This document shows positions 44,787-57,449 of a stretch of DNA of 64,000 bases, in pieces. Both the position numbers and the translations under genes were made by a program. Source of the stretch: the human T2T-CHM13v2.0 reference genome, Homo sapiens; the NCBI RefSeq assembly GCF_009914755.1, contig NC_060945.1. One strand, written 5' to 3'. The notes beneath the pieces were generated by a model that made no database searches, was not told the origin of the DNA, and was given only the letters and a program-made list of their open reading frames with translations. The first letter of the stretch is position 1. Every line of letters starts with the position of its first letter.

Positions 44787-45141
44787 TGTATTTGTTCTCA
44801 CTCTGCTAATAAAGACATACCCGAGACTGGGTACTTCATAAAGGAAAGAGGTTTAATTGACTCACAGTTCAGCATGGCTGGGGAGGCCTCAGGAAACTTA
44901 CAATCGTGGCAGAAGGGGAAGCAAATACATCCTTTTTCACATGGCAGCAGCAAGGAGAAGTGCAGAGTGAAGGTGGGGAAAAGCCCCTTATAAAACCATC
45001 AGATCTCGTGAGAACTCACTCACTGTCACGAGAACAGCATGGTTCAATTACCTCCCACCAGGTTCCTCCCACAACACATGGGGATTATGGAAACTACAGT
45101 TCAAGATGAGATTTGAGTGGGGACACAGCCAAACCATATCA
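44787..45141 (-). mobile_element. THE1C MaLR solo LTR
   Basis: GCTAATAAAGACATACCCGAGACTGGG...GACACAGCCAAACCATATCA; perfect TSD ACCAA. Confidence 0.92.
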
Positions 45142-45238
45142 ACCAACAATAATGCTTTGCATTATTCTGAGTTTGAAACAATTAATACCAATCCAATATT
45201 GTATACTTACAATACTTTCCCCAAAGAATTGCTTGCCT

Positions 45239-45588
<350 letters not shown>

Positions 45589-45968
45589 TTACTGGACTTT
45601 TCTCATTAGTATACAATAAGGAATGGGCTCATTTATTCAACAAACATTTATTGTGTCTTGCTTTATGCCAGGCACTGTTCTGAGTGTTTGCGTTAATTTC
45701 AGAGACTATAACAGGCGACAGACTTGCACTTGTAGCATTTATATTTTAGATATGTATACTTATAGGAAAGTATTTAAATTATTTTTAAACGTGGTCATTA
45801 CACTGGAGTATAGAATGACATCCATAAAGAAAGTGATGTAGATCAAAGACGGAATTAGAAAGTTATATTGATACTTTCTGATACTTTCTTCTTTAGTACT
45901 AATAATGCCTACCACACCAGGTTATTTTGAATATTGAATTTTACAGCATAAAAGCAAGTATGTGAAGG

Positions 45969-46718
45969 TGAAATGGGAGAGTTCCCTGATCCCCCTCGCA
46001 GGACGTGCGACAGGGGTGTGGCTCACCTGTTCTGTAGCCACCGCTGCTTGAATCCCTGAGGGGAGGGGTAGCATGCAGACAGACAGCTGCAGGAGCCCAT
46101 GTGGGTGTGTGTTACAATGTGCCCTTTTAGCCTTGCCATCCACAGATGGCCTGAGTGTTAACCAGCTAAACGGACCCTCTGCCTTTTCGCATGGGCCGAG
46201 GGCCAGTGTGACAGCTTTCTGTATCCTGAGCTCTTGCCCAGCATCCCAGAAAAATCGGGTCACACACGGGGTTGAAGGATGAATGCAGGGTTTTATTGAG
46301 TGGTGGAGGTAGCTTTCAGCAGGATGGATGGGGAGCTGGAAGAAGGGATGGAGTGGGAAGATGGTCTTTTCCTGGAGTTTGGCCATCCAGAGGCCGAATA
46401 CTTCTCTGACCACCCCCAGTCGAACTCCTCTCGGTGTTCAGACGTCTCTCCTCATCTATCTTTCTTTGCCCTGTTGTTCCGCCATTTGTCTGCTTGTCTC
46501 CTCATCTCCTCGCCTGCTCATCTGCTTCTAGAACCTGGGATTTGGGGTTTATATAGGTACAGGACAGGGGCATGGTGGGACAAAAGGCAACTTTTGGGGC
46601 ATGAAAACAGGAATGCCTGTCCCCTTTGAGGGTCACGGGTCTCCAGGCCTGAGGGTGGGGCCTTTGCCAGGGAACTGCCTTCTTCTACCCAGTACTTCCC
46701 TGTCTCCTATCTGTATCA
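45969..46718 (-). mobile_element. LTR1-family (ERV1/HUERS-P2) solo LTR
   Basis: Reverse complement starts TGATACAGATAGGAGACAGGGAAGTACTGGGTAGAAG and ends CAGGGAACTCTCCCATTTCA; perfect 4-bp TSD AAGG; minus-strand TATATAAA (46548-46555) and AATAAA (46292-46297). Confidence 0.88.
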
Positions 46719-47421
46719 AAGGTGCCTTTTTAAATGAAAATTTCTGTGTTAGTTTAAGGGAGTGATAATAAGCAACAGCAGCGTCATGTAACTATTAGAT
46801 CACAGTAGTGGTAGCCACCACAGTCAGTTACTTCAGTCTATAGACCGGCTCTCAAAAATCATTGAAATGTTTTGGGGAAAAAAATAAAGATGTTCTGCTT
46901 GAATTTTTCATCATAATTTCATATACAGCTTATATACATTTATTATATATATATACAAATTTCATCAAAAGTATGTAAAATGACTCATTTCTATATGACA
47001 TGGGTATTGTCAAGGATAAATTCATAAAGCTATTTATACTTTTAAATAAGCCTAAAGAGAATTAGCTTTTATTTGTGGGGCAATACCGTGTGACACTAGA
47101 TTGCATATTAAGCTGAATTAAGGATGTAAGTTATTTTTCAATGATCGGGCTGGCAGGAGTGTGTTGTCTGGGGTGGGGTCCAAATAGATGCATGGATTCT
47201 ACTTTGGAAAATGCTTAAAGGCCAAAGCTACAATCTAGAAAATAAACATGTATAGTTTCATTTGCTTTTTCCTATTTTGATCCTTTAAAACTATGTGTTA
47301 TGAATTGGGTAAACTTGTCACCAAACTTTAGGACAGTTTTCTTGACTATTGCATCCCATTCAGACATTTGAAAATGAACTTTTGTATAATTTTAATTATC
47401 CTATCTGTTTTAATCTTTCAG

Positions 47422-47487
47422 ATCATAAGGCCTATGGGTTTTCTGCCCCAAAAGACCAACAAGTAGTCACAGCAGTAGAGTACCAAG
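47422..47487 (+). CDS. JAM2: JAM2 exon 2 (YHKAYGFSAPKDQQVVTAVEYQE)
   Basis: TTTCAG acceptor, GTACAG donor, 66 nt, phase 1-1, in frame with exon 1; too short for the ORF track. Confidence 0.97.
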
Positions 47488-47914
47488 GTACAGTATCTTA
47501 CTGATTTTCACAGGCTGTATTGTTTAAATAACTCACGAGAGTGACTCGTGTGATGTTATTTTCTATTTGTTGGGATTCTCTGCCTTACCTTCTACTAATT
47601 CCTCTGCCTGAAATGCTGCTTCATGCTGACTCCACCTCAAGAACATTTACTCCACCTCCTCAGTGGAAATTTTCGATATTCAATAAAAGACCGGATGTGC
47701 AAAGAAGGTCTCCTATAACTTAAATTATCTGCACAAAGCAAATCTAATTTGTGAAACTGGGAGATGGAGAGCTTGGAAAGTTTCTAGCCAGCTAGATATG
47801 ATACATAGAAATGAACACTTCAAACTCCACTCTGTGTATTTAAGGTGATGTTAATATAGCTTACTTTGGGGTACCATGTTCTTATCTATTTTAGCTTCTT
47901 AAAAATGTTTATAA

Positions 47915-48072
47915 GGAGGAGTTAATTTAAGAGCATAAAGTTTCTGTTTTGCAAGATAAAATAGTTCTGGAGATTGTTATATGCACAACAATATACTTAA
48001 TACTACTGAACTATACAGTTAAAAATGGTCAAGATGGTGAATTTTACGTTTATTTTGCCACAGTTAAAAAAT
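47915..48072 (+). mobile_element. L1MB-type 3' end
   Basis: AAAATAGTTCTGGAGAT...CTACTGAACTATACAGTTAAAAATGGTCAAGATGGTGAATTTTA. Confidence 0.8.
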
Positions 48073-48121
48073 TGTCAAAAGAAACTAGTAACCTATATAT
48101 GGGCTTTTTAATAAGCTTTCA

Positions 48122-48435
48122 TTGTTGTTGTTGTTGTTTTGTTTTGCTTTATTTTGTTTGAGATAGGATCTCCATCTGTCACCCACACTGGAGTGCAGTG
48201 TGGCATGATCTCGGCTCACCGCAACCTCTACCTCCGGGGTCAAGTGATCCTCCCACCTCAGCCACCCAAGATTACAGGCACAGGCCACCATGTCTGGCTA
48301 ATTTTTTGTATTTTTTTGTAGAAACAGGGTTTCACCACATTGCCCAAGCTGGTCTTGTACTCCTGGGCTCAAGCAGTCTGCCCACCTTGGCCTCCCAAAC
48401 TGCTGGGATTACAAGCATGAACAACCACACCTGCC
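48122..48435 (-). mobile_element. AluJ
   Basis: Reversed dimer with (TTG)n tail. Confidence 0.92.
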
Positions 48436-48805
48436 CTATAAGTTTATTTCAAATATTGATCACCTACTACTTTTCCAAAGGATCCTTTATCTTTTATACA
48501 ATTAATAATATTGGGCAATCAGAAGAATTACTATTTCTTAAATTTAATACTTGTTTAGGCCAGAGCTTATTAACATTTAAGAAACAGATCCTAAATGTCT
48601 GATCTCTCATCATCAGGTATGTCTTAGGTTCCTGGAGCTGGAGAAAGATAGGTTTGAAGGAAAGAGACAAAGATTGAAGTAAAGGCCTGGAGTGGGGGGA
48701 ATTAAATGAGTTAATATTTACATAGTGCTTTCAATAGTGCCTAACACATAATATGAATTATGTGTGCTTGTTAAGTAAAAATATGCTGTAGTAAGAATCA
48801 GTCCT

Positions 48806-49087
48806 GGCTGGGAGTGGTGGCTCATGCCTGTAATCTCAAACTCCTGAGGCCAGGAGTTTGAGATAAGCCTGGAAAACATGAAGACCCTGTTTCTACAAAA
48901 AAACAAACAAATTAGACAGACATGTGGTGCACACCTGTTGTCCCAGCTACTCAGGAGGCTGAGGCAGGTGGATGGATCACTTGAGTGCAGGAGTTTGAGG
49001 CTGCAGTGAGCCATGACCATGCCAGTGCACTCCAGCCTGGACAACAAAGAGAGAGAATGTCTCAAAAAAAAAAAAAAAAAAAAAAAA
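48806..49087 (+). mobile_element. AluJ with left-arm deletion
   Basis: Dimer with long A tail. Confidence 0.9.
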
Positions 49088-49527
49088 GTTCATCATTTTA
49101 AAAAATGAGTAATTTAATAACAAATTACTTAAAAAATTATTAGGTTAACTAAGTTCTCTTAAGTTCTAACATTTTATATGCTTAAGCTATAGAACACTCT
49201 GGTATGAGTTAGTTTTAAACGGAGAGAGGTGGGAAGAGGAAATTAACGATTGAGGGAATTTGGGACTATGGAGCACCTCCAGGATGGATAAACAGGGCTG
49301 GGTGAGATGCCAGAATGGAAGCTGGAAAGGCCACAAGGGTGAGCACAGAGTGCGAGAGGGGTAAATGGACCAGGATGTCCCTGAGGGACCAAGGAAGTGA
49401 AGTTCAGTTCCACTTCTCACTTTCTTGGAGGTTCTTAATGCTGGGTCCAACTGGGTGCAGTGGATGTATATCCTCTCCCATCATATCTGAGTTAGGACAT
49501 CAAAATTATATTCTTTAACCTTACATT

Positions 49528-49691
49528 ATTTTTTAAAAAATGTATCAAGGTGAATTTCACATAACCTGAGATTTGTAGTTTTTAAGTGAACAATTCAGTG
49601 GCATTTGACACATTCACAGTTTTGTGCAACCACCACCTCTACCTAGTTCCAAAATGTTTTCATCACTCCAAAACAAAACCCTGTACCCATC
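49528..49691 (-). mobile_element. L1MB-type 3' end
   Basis: TTTAAGTGAACAATTCAGTGGCATTT...TTGTGCAACCACCACCTCTACCTAGTTCCAAAATGTTTTCATCAC. Confidence 0.8.
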
Positions 49692-50729
49692 TGCATTACT
49701 TTTTAATGCATGTTTTATTTTTAATATAGAAAATCCTTCCATAATGTATTGCAAGCAAATGTTAATCTCACTCCAAAATAAGTGTTTTCTATTTTCTTGT
49801 TTCATCTCACCTCTTTTTAATTAAGAATTTCATTTTAATTCTATTGTATATGTGTCTCCATCATTCCAGTTTTGGCTCTTCATAAGGCATAAATACATTT
49901 CTGTTTCTTCTACATTTTAGTCTTAGGACTAGATGCAGTAACTTAATTTTGCCGTAAGTCTATAATATTTTATGATTTGTGTATATGTGTATGTGTGTTT
50001 CACCCTATTTGTTCATTTGTTATGCCTTGTTTCTCTGAGGTCAAGAAATTATGAATTAATTCCTTCTTTCCAGCGCTGCTGTGCTGTATCACTTCCCATG
50101 ATAGTGCCAAGAGCAGAAGGAGACTGAAATCAGGGCAGCTCTGCCAGGCTTGTAAATTACATGAGCAGCCCTCTGCAAAGGGAGTCTAAACCTGAAAGCT
50201 ATAAATTAGAGTTTAATAGCAAGCATTTCTTCACAGAAGTAATTTCTGCTAAGTCAGAGCTATTTTGGTAGTATCAATTCTCTTTTTGTGTTATGTATGA
50301 TTTTGATGATTTTTAACTTGAGCCCTGAGAATGAAATCAAAGGATAATTAGCAGTACAGAATCCAGGAAAATTAAAATTCATAATGATTCTATCTATGCG
50401 ATTCCTAAATGTGATTATTTTGCCACATGTTGTTGCTAATGCTTTTTATAAACAAAGAATTCTCTTTTCTTGATCTAAAGGAAATAGATATTTTGGCAAT
50501 GAAATAATCCCCTTAATAGAAAAGACTTGGCATATTTTCCTGTTTTTAATATGCCTTAGGTTGAGAAAATATAATTTATATCTATATTTTTTGCTATCTC
50601 CTACAGAGATAACATTTTATTTCAAATTGGAGTGATTTATAGGTAAATTTGTGATGGTATAAAGTATATATTTCTACGTCAAGGCAAGCTTGCAACTATA
50701 ACTAAGAGAAATTCTTCAAGGGTGAAAAC

Positions 50730-50980
50730 AATAATGACCATTTACAGAGCACATACTATATGTAAGGTGGTGCCATGTGCATCACACATGTAAATATAGT
50801 GTCTCATTTAATCTTAGTGACAACTTTGTAAGATGAGTACTGTTCTTTTTATCATTTTACAGATGTGGATATAATGTTCAAAAAAAGTAATTCTCCCAAT
50901 ATCACATACGGAGTATATGGTAGAGGTCTAACTCTGAAGCCTCTGCTATAAGCTACCATGTTATAGCGCAATAACCCTAA
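50730..50980 (-). mobile_element. MIR
   Basis: CTCATTTAATCTT...CATTTTACAGATGTGGA. Confidence 0.7.
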
Positions 50981-51121
50981 AGCCTGATACAGAAAATTAT
51001 GCTGGCATAAGTACTGAATTTTGGCTGAAGAGAGAGAAGAGAATTCATGAGAGTTAGGTTGTAAGTTCATTTACTTCCTTATCCTCAGATATTGACCCCA
51101 TGATTCCAGTATTTTTATTCT

Positions 51122-51625
51122 CTGCATTTGTTTCTTATGGCTGCCATTACAAAATACTACAAACCAGGTGACTTAAAACAATAGAAATTTATTCTCTCAT
51201 GGTTCTGGAGGCTAGAAGTTCAAAATCAAGGCATTAGTACCCAAGGGCCTAGGCACTGGCTCTTTCCTTGCTTGGGATCTTCTTTCTCAAAGAACCATAT
51301 AATGAATTCTCTCCCTCTTTTAAACCTTTGGTCAAATATCACCTTCTAAATAAGGTGAACTCTGGCTACTGTTTTTCAAAAATTGTAGCCCTGTCCCTAG
51401 CACTTGCAAACCCCCTGTACTCTGCTCTGCTCTCTTTTGTCTTCATAACCCTCATCAACTGCTAACGTACTAAGTAATTCACTTTATTATGTTTCTTGTT
51501 TATCTGACTTCCCCTGTTAAATTGTAAGATCCCAAAGGGCAAGGATCTTTGTTTCGTTCACTGATACAGCTCAAGAACAATGCATGGCAGACAGTAAGTA
51601 CTCAACCTATTTTGGATGAATTGGA
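51122..51625. mobile_element. MLT1 fragment (-; about 51122-51235) joined to an L2 3' end (+; about 51240-51625)
   Basis: GAAATTTATTCTCTCATGGTTCTGGAGGCTAGAAG; GTAAGATCCCAAAGGGCAAGGA...CAGTAAGTACTCAA. Confidence 0.65.
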
Positions 51626-51783
51626 TAAACCATTTCTCGACATTTTACATGGCCAGCGAGAGAGAGGCTGGAGTGAAGTCACTGGACTTAGGAAAATTAT
51701 TGCTATATTTTCTAGTATAAGTTTCATAGAGGTTTTTCCACAGCGCAATAAGGACAGAAATTAGGAAGAATTCACCAGGAGGG

Positions 51784-51818
<35 letters not shown>

Positions 51819-51856
51819 TGTGCACGCGCCCACACGCACGCACACACACATGCGTA
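51784..51856. repeat. (GT)n followed by (CA)-rich alternating purine-pyrimidine tract
   Basis: Seen directly. Confidence 0.95.
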
Positions 51857-53039
51857 TCTAAATATGTAAAACAATGCAATTATTTAAGTGTAAAATTACT
51901 CTTAAGACACAGAAGACATGAGGAATAGGCTAAAAATGAGTGTGGGTGTGTGTTTAATTGTTGGAAACTCACAAAATACCGGAAGGAAACCTATCTACAA
52001 CTCAAGACTCCGGAAGGTCACCACCCATTCTCCTTAATCAACAGAAAAGAACTGTGTTTCCTCAGACAGGTCCCTTAGCACACGTTTGTCTTTGTAGCAT
52101 AATTGTAAACATGTCTGTAAAATGATGTCTCTTTGTAATGTAAAACCTGCTTTAAAAACTTTAGACATTCTTGAAAACAACTTTTGGTTCTTTTCTTCCT
52201 TGCCTTTCTTTTCTCTGCCCTACTTTCTATTTTCCATTACCTTTTATTCCATTTTTGTATGTCCAGCAATATGTGTGGAATGAAAAAAATTAGAAACTAA
52301 ATATTCTGCATTCTTTTTTAACATTCATTTGCTTAACATTAAAATCAAAGGTATGAAAAGGATTTTAAAATAATTTCTGGTCAAAGATACTGTGCTTTTT
52401 TAGGTCAAACCATATGCCTTGTGGGGAAAAAAGTATTTCAGAAACATGGAATTGACATTCTAGAGAGCCTGGTTAAAAAAATACTTTTAAAAATATTTAT
52501 AACTGGAGGTTTCCATTTGGCAACTTGAGGCAGTTCCCAGACTGGCACTGGGTTTTTTGTTTTTTTTTTTTTCTCTCAGACATCTCGTTTGGACAGTGAA
52601 AAGAAGGGGGTTCCTTTGGAGGCTCCAAGTATTAATGACACAATTGCAGTAAATTTCTTGTAATAAAAGAACTTAGCTACATTGAGGCAGTTACACTTGA
52701 TGCTAAGATTTAATACTTTAATAATTATCTGGACTGAGGCAAGGTTATATAGGCAGTTGTTTGGGGGTAAAAATCAATGATTTATTAGGAGACCATATTG
52801 GATAGGTATTAATGTATTTGTAGAGAAGGTTGACAAAGAAGGGATCTGAGTGAGAATATAGCATGTTGTGGAAACTTTTCTGAGTTTCCCAGCATGTCCC
52901 TGGCTGGATTCAGTGCCTTTCTTGGGTACTAAGCATGAATCACCATCTGCATAGCTGGTATTCAGCAACACTGGGCTGAAACGCCATTATCTTAGTTGCC
53001 TCTTCTACCAGATGGTAGACTCCTTCAAGACTGACACTG

Positions 53040-53250
53040 GGAATAATAAGACACATAGTTAATCATAGCTGCCATTTGTTAAGTCCTTACTATGTCCAAG
53101 CCTGTGTGCTTTGCATATCTTATTGCATTTGAAGACTCACAACAACTCTGTGAAATACTAGCCCATTTACAGATGAAAACTCAAACTTGATAACCAGGGA
53201 AATAAGCACAGTGTCATACAGTTACTATGTGGAAGAGCTAGAAGGCTTCC
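53040..53250 (-). mobile_element. MIR
   Basis: CTCACAACAACTCTGTGAAATA...CCCATTTACAGATGAAAAC. Confidence 0.65.
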
Positions 53251-53405
53251 AATTCATGGGACCTGTTGATGTAATTTATGAATGAATGAATGAATAAAAC
53301 TATAAAGGAGTAATTTAAAGTTGTTTACAATTTTGTTACCTAGTTAAGTAAAATATAAATTCATGGGGACAATTAGAAAACAAGTATTTTTATTGTTGTT
53401 CCTAG

Positions 53406-53513
53406 AGGCTATTTTAGCCTGCAAAACCCCAAAGAAGACTGTTTCCTCCAGATTAGAGTGGAAGAAACTGGGTCGGAGTGTCTCCTTTGTCTACTATCAA
53501 CAGACTCTTCAAG
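53406..53513 (+). CDS. JAM2: JAM2 exon 3 (AILACKTPKKTVSSRLEWKKLGRSVSFVYYQQTLQ; first half of Ig V domain with the RLE dimerisation motif)
   Basis: TCCTAG acceptor, GTAAGC donor, 108 nt, phase 1-1. Confidence 0.97.
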
Positions 53514-53792
53514 GTAAGCAGCTGTAGGCTTGAAGAGGTGTGAGCAAGAGAATGCCAAGTACAACCAGGATCCTTTAATTGGCAAATGAGATCGGACATG
53601 ACTGATTACTGAAAATGTGTTTTTGTAAGTGTGAGATGAAAGCAACCATGTCTGAGACATAAAACACAATAGCCACAAAAGCAGAGAACAGAGGGAGGTG
53701 AAGCCCACTGAATCCCTGGACTCTTCTCTCTCAACTCAGGCATAAAGTATGCAAAATGCAATTGCTCTTATTGGCTCAGTAGATTAAACTCC

Positions 53793-54186
53793 GTTCCTTC
53801 CTTCCTTTCTCTTCTTTCTTTCTTTCTCTTTATTTCTTTCTTTCTCTTCCTTCCTTCCTTCCTTCCCTTTCTTGCCTTTCTTTCTTTTTTCAAGATTTTG
53901 TTCTCTTGCCCAGTCTGGAGCACAGTGGTATGATCATGGCTCACTGCAGCCTCCACCTCCAGGGCTCAAGTTATCCTCCCATCTCAGTCCCCAAGTAGGT
54001 GGGACTACAGGTGCACACCAGTATGCTCAGCTAATTTAATTTTATTTATTTATTTATTTTTTTGTAGAGATGAGGTGAGGTCTCCCTATGTTGCCCAGGC
54101 TGGTCTTGAACTCCTGGGCTCAACCCATCCTCCTGCCTCGGTCTCCAAAAGTACTGGAATTACAGGTGTGAGCCACTTGCCTGGCT
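53793..54186 (-). mobile_element. AluJ with CT-rich (TTCC/TTTC) expanded tail
   Basis: Flanks TAGATTAAACTCC / TAGATAAACTCC. Confidence 0.9.
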
Positions 54187-54929
54187 ATAGATAAACTCCT
54201 GAGGGAAAGGAATTAAAAAATGGTGTGGTTTGGAAATGGAAGGTTGCTTCTCAGTCATAATGCTGTCACCCTATTTCCTTAACTCCATTTGAAAGGTAGG
54301 CCACCACTGAGAAGCTCAGGGAGTTAAGACTTATGGGTGGGTTATGACAGCAACCATTATCAAGTGCTTTCTTTTCTTTTTTTTCTTTTGTTATACATTT
54401 CTTTCTACTACCTACTCTTGCCATTGAATATGTGATGAACTTATAATTTAAAATATTGATAATGATGGATGAACTGTTATAATGTCCATTTGCTTCAAAA
54501 TAAACCAGTGGTTAATGATACAGATGAAACAAGATAAACCATGCATTGATTACTATTATAGCTGGTCAATGATACATTGAGGTACAATTCACTTCACTTT
54601 CTAATGTTGTGTATGCTTGAATCTTTCCATTATAAATATTTCTAAAGCTGGAAATACAATTTTACAAGTTAAAATAAACATGTTATGATTTTAAAATACT
54701 ATGTATTTCTTTAATGTTAAAGAATTAAGTGAAAATGTTTGAAGTTTATAGAAAATTTAAAATATCTGCTCAAGTTCTTATCTGTCAAGATAAGACTACT
54801 AGCTGTAAGGTGTTAATAGCACAGCTGTCTTCACTTGAATTTTTTGTAGTTGCCATTTCTGGCATATGCAGAAATGCAAAACTATTATTTTATGCAACAC
54901 TATTTATTTGAGCCATTGTACCTGCCTAA

Positions 54930-55060
54930 TTTTTACATTTTTTTAAAGAGATGAGATCTGGCCATGTTCCAAGGCTGGCCTCAATCTTCTGTCCTCAAGC
55001 AATCTTCCCACTCAGCCTTCCAATTGGCTGGGACTACAGGTGCAAGCCACCACACCGGGT
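54930..55060 (-). mobile_element. FLAM-like Alu monomer
   Basis: Single diverged reversed arm. Confidence 0.75.
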
Positions 55061-55274
55061 GCAAAACACTATTTTAATTCTGAATATGTTACTATCAAAA
55101 AATAAAATAATGTTTTTAACCATCTTTTCTTGTGCCGCAGTGTTACGTGAGCCACCACACATAAAGTTACTGTTCCAGTCAATTAAACCAGACTCCCTGG
55201 TTTTCTGAAGACATGAATATTTTTACAAGGGAACTAGAAAGGGAATGAGGCAAGCATTTGAGCTCAATTCTTTA

Positions 55275-55563
<289 letters not shown>

Positions 55564-55585
55564 TTTACATACATAATGTGGAAGG

Positions 55586-56735
55586 GCCTCAGTGGCCAGG
55601 CCTGCTGGCAGCTGCTCCTCACAGGGCCCATGCTAGAGCTGACAGCCTGCCAGGGAGCTGGGCACTCGGAGATGGGGTGGGAGCACTGGGGTCAGCCAGA
55701 GATCAAACACGTCAGTGAAGGCCCAGAGCAGCTCGGAAGATAAAATAACAGTCCACTTTATAAACCAACAGTGAAACATTAACAAACAAAGGAAAAGTTG
55801 ATGACTCTTTGCTAGATGTTGTGGTTGAAAATAATGTAGATATTGATGGGTTTGTTGCATGGCAGGGAACCTTGGCTTGCTCTGTCACCTCATTTTTGAA
55901 AAGCACATATTTGAGAAGTTAGACACAATCACTGACAAGGAGATTGACATGCTTGATCTGGCATATGGACTGACAGACAGGTCAGAGTTGTATTGCCAAA
56001 TCTGTTTGACAAAATCTATGGGCCATATGACTGTCTGAGTACCTGATGGAGTGGCCAGTGCCAGACAATCCACTGATATGGGCAAGACCACCTAAGCAGA
56101 ATAAATAGCAATGCTTTCACTAAATTTTACCTATTTTATAATTATTTCTTAATATAATTAAATAAAAACATACATGAATGAACTTATTATTATGACCAAC
56201 TTTACTGTTTTAATTCACCTTGTATAACTACTGAATTTTATAGTTCTGAAAATACGCAATTTTTATATTTGTTACATTAGAAAAAGGTCAGTTAAATATT
56301 AGAAAATAATTAATATGACAATACCTTACAAATTTTGCCTTACGTTTGTTTAGCAACTTTTAGCAAAATGTTTTCACATGGCCTTATGTCTGCTTACCTA
56401 GAAAGTAAATTTTTTAAAAAAGATATTATTATCCCTGTTTTATGTGAGTGAAGGCAAAGACCTAAAATGGCTTGTTAAGGGCCATCCAACTAATTAGAAA
56501 ATATGTACACACCTGCATCTTGTTACTATAAGGTATATGTTAGACTGAAACTGGAGAAATTATGACTATCTTACAGCAGCAATTAGATCTGACTGCATAT
56601 GGACAAAAACATTAATTGCTCAGTGAACTGCTTAACTGACAGTTATTAACCTTACACATAAAGATTTCAAAATTTTGATTCAGTGAGAAGTATAAGGTTG
56701 AACATAGGCATTACAACACTGCCAAAAAAGTTAGC
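55586..56735 (+). pseudogene. FDX1P2: Processed pseudogene of FDX1 (adrenodoxin), 5'-truncated, with about 640 nt of 3'UTR-like sequence
   Basis: From 55727: [13 protein letters not shown] /fs/ [36 protein letters not shown] /fs/ [69 protein letters not shown] (stop 56093-56095). Intronless; two frameshifts and a TGA at 56036-56038; no ATG. Symbol from memory of the chr21 copy; 3' boundary approximate. Confidence 0.95.
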
Positions 56736-56784
56736 CAGTAAACTAAAATTAGATATCAAAATGAAATAAAATATGAGAATATAA

Positions 56785-57097
<313 letters not shown>

Positions 57098-57296
57098 TTT
57101 TGAACATTTTAAAAACTGTCCTTTCCAAAAGAAAAATTTTAAATAACAGCATCTATATACAACTTTTAGGCTTTAAACTTGAGTTTATTAAAAGGGAAAT
57201 AAATGCTTTGGTTACTAAATGAACTGATTAGAGGAAGGTATTACACAGAAAGCTACTTGGATTATTACTAACATCAATGTCTTCTTTTTCTAAAAG

Positions 57297-57449
57297 GTGA
57301 TTTTAAAAATCGAGCTGAGATGATAGATTTCAATATCCGGATCAAAAATGTGACAAGAAGTGATGCGGGGAAATATCGTTGTGAAGTTAGTGCCCCATCT
57401 GAGCAAGGCCAAAACCTGGAAGAGGATACAGTCACTCTGGAAGTATTAG
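57297..57449 (+). CDS. JAM2: JAM2 exon 4 (GDFKNRAEMIDFNIRIKNVTRSDAGKYRCEVSAPSEQGQNLEEDTVTLEVL; second half of Ig V domain)
   Basis: TAAAAG acceptor, GTGATG donor, 153 nt, phase 1-1; Ig motif DAGKYRC and NVT sequon. Confidence 0.97.

Noticed and set aside
45922-46629. 163-aa and 109-aa ORFs
   Set aside because: Almost wholly within a solo LTR1; no gag/pol/env motifs
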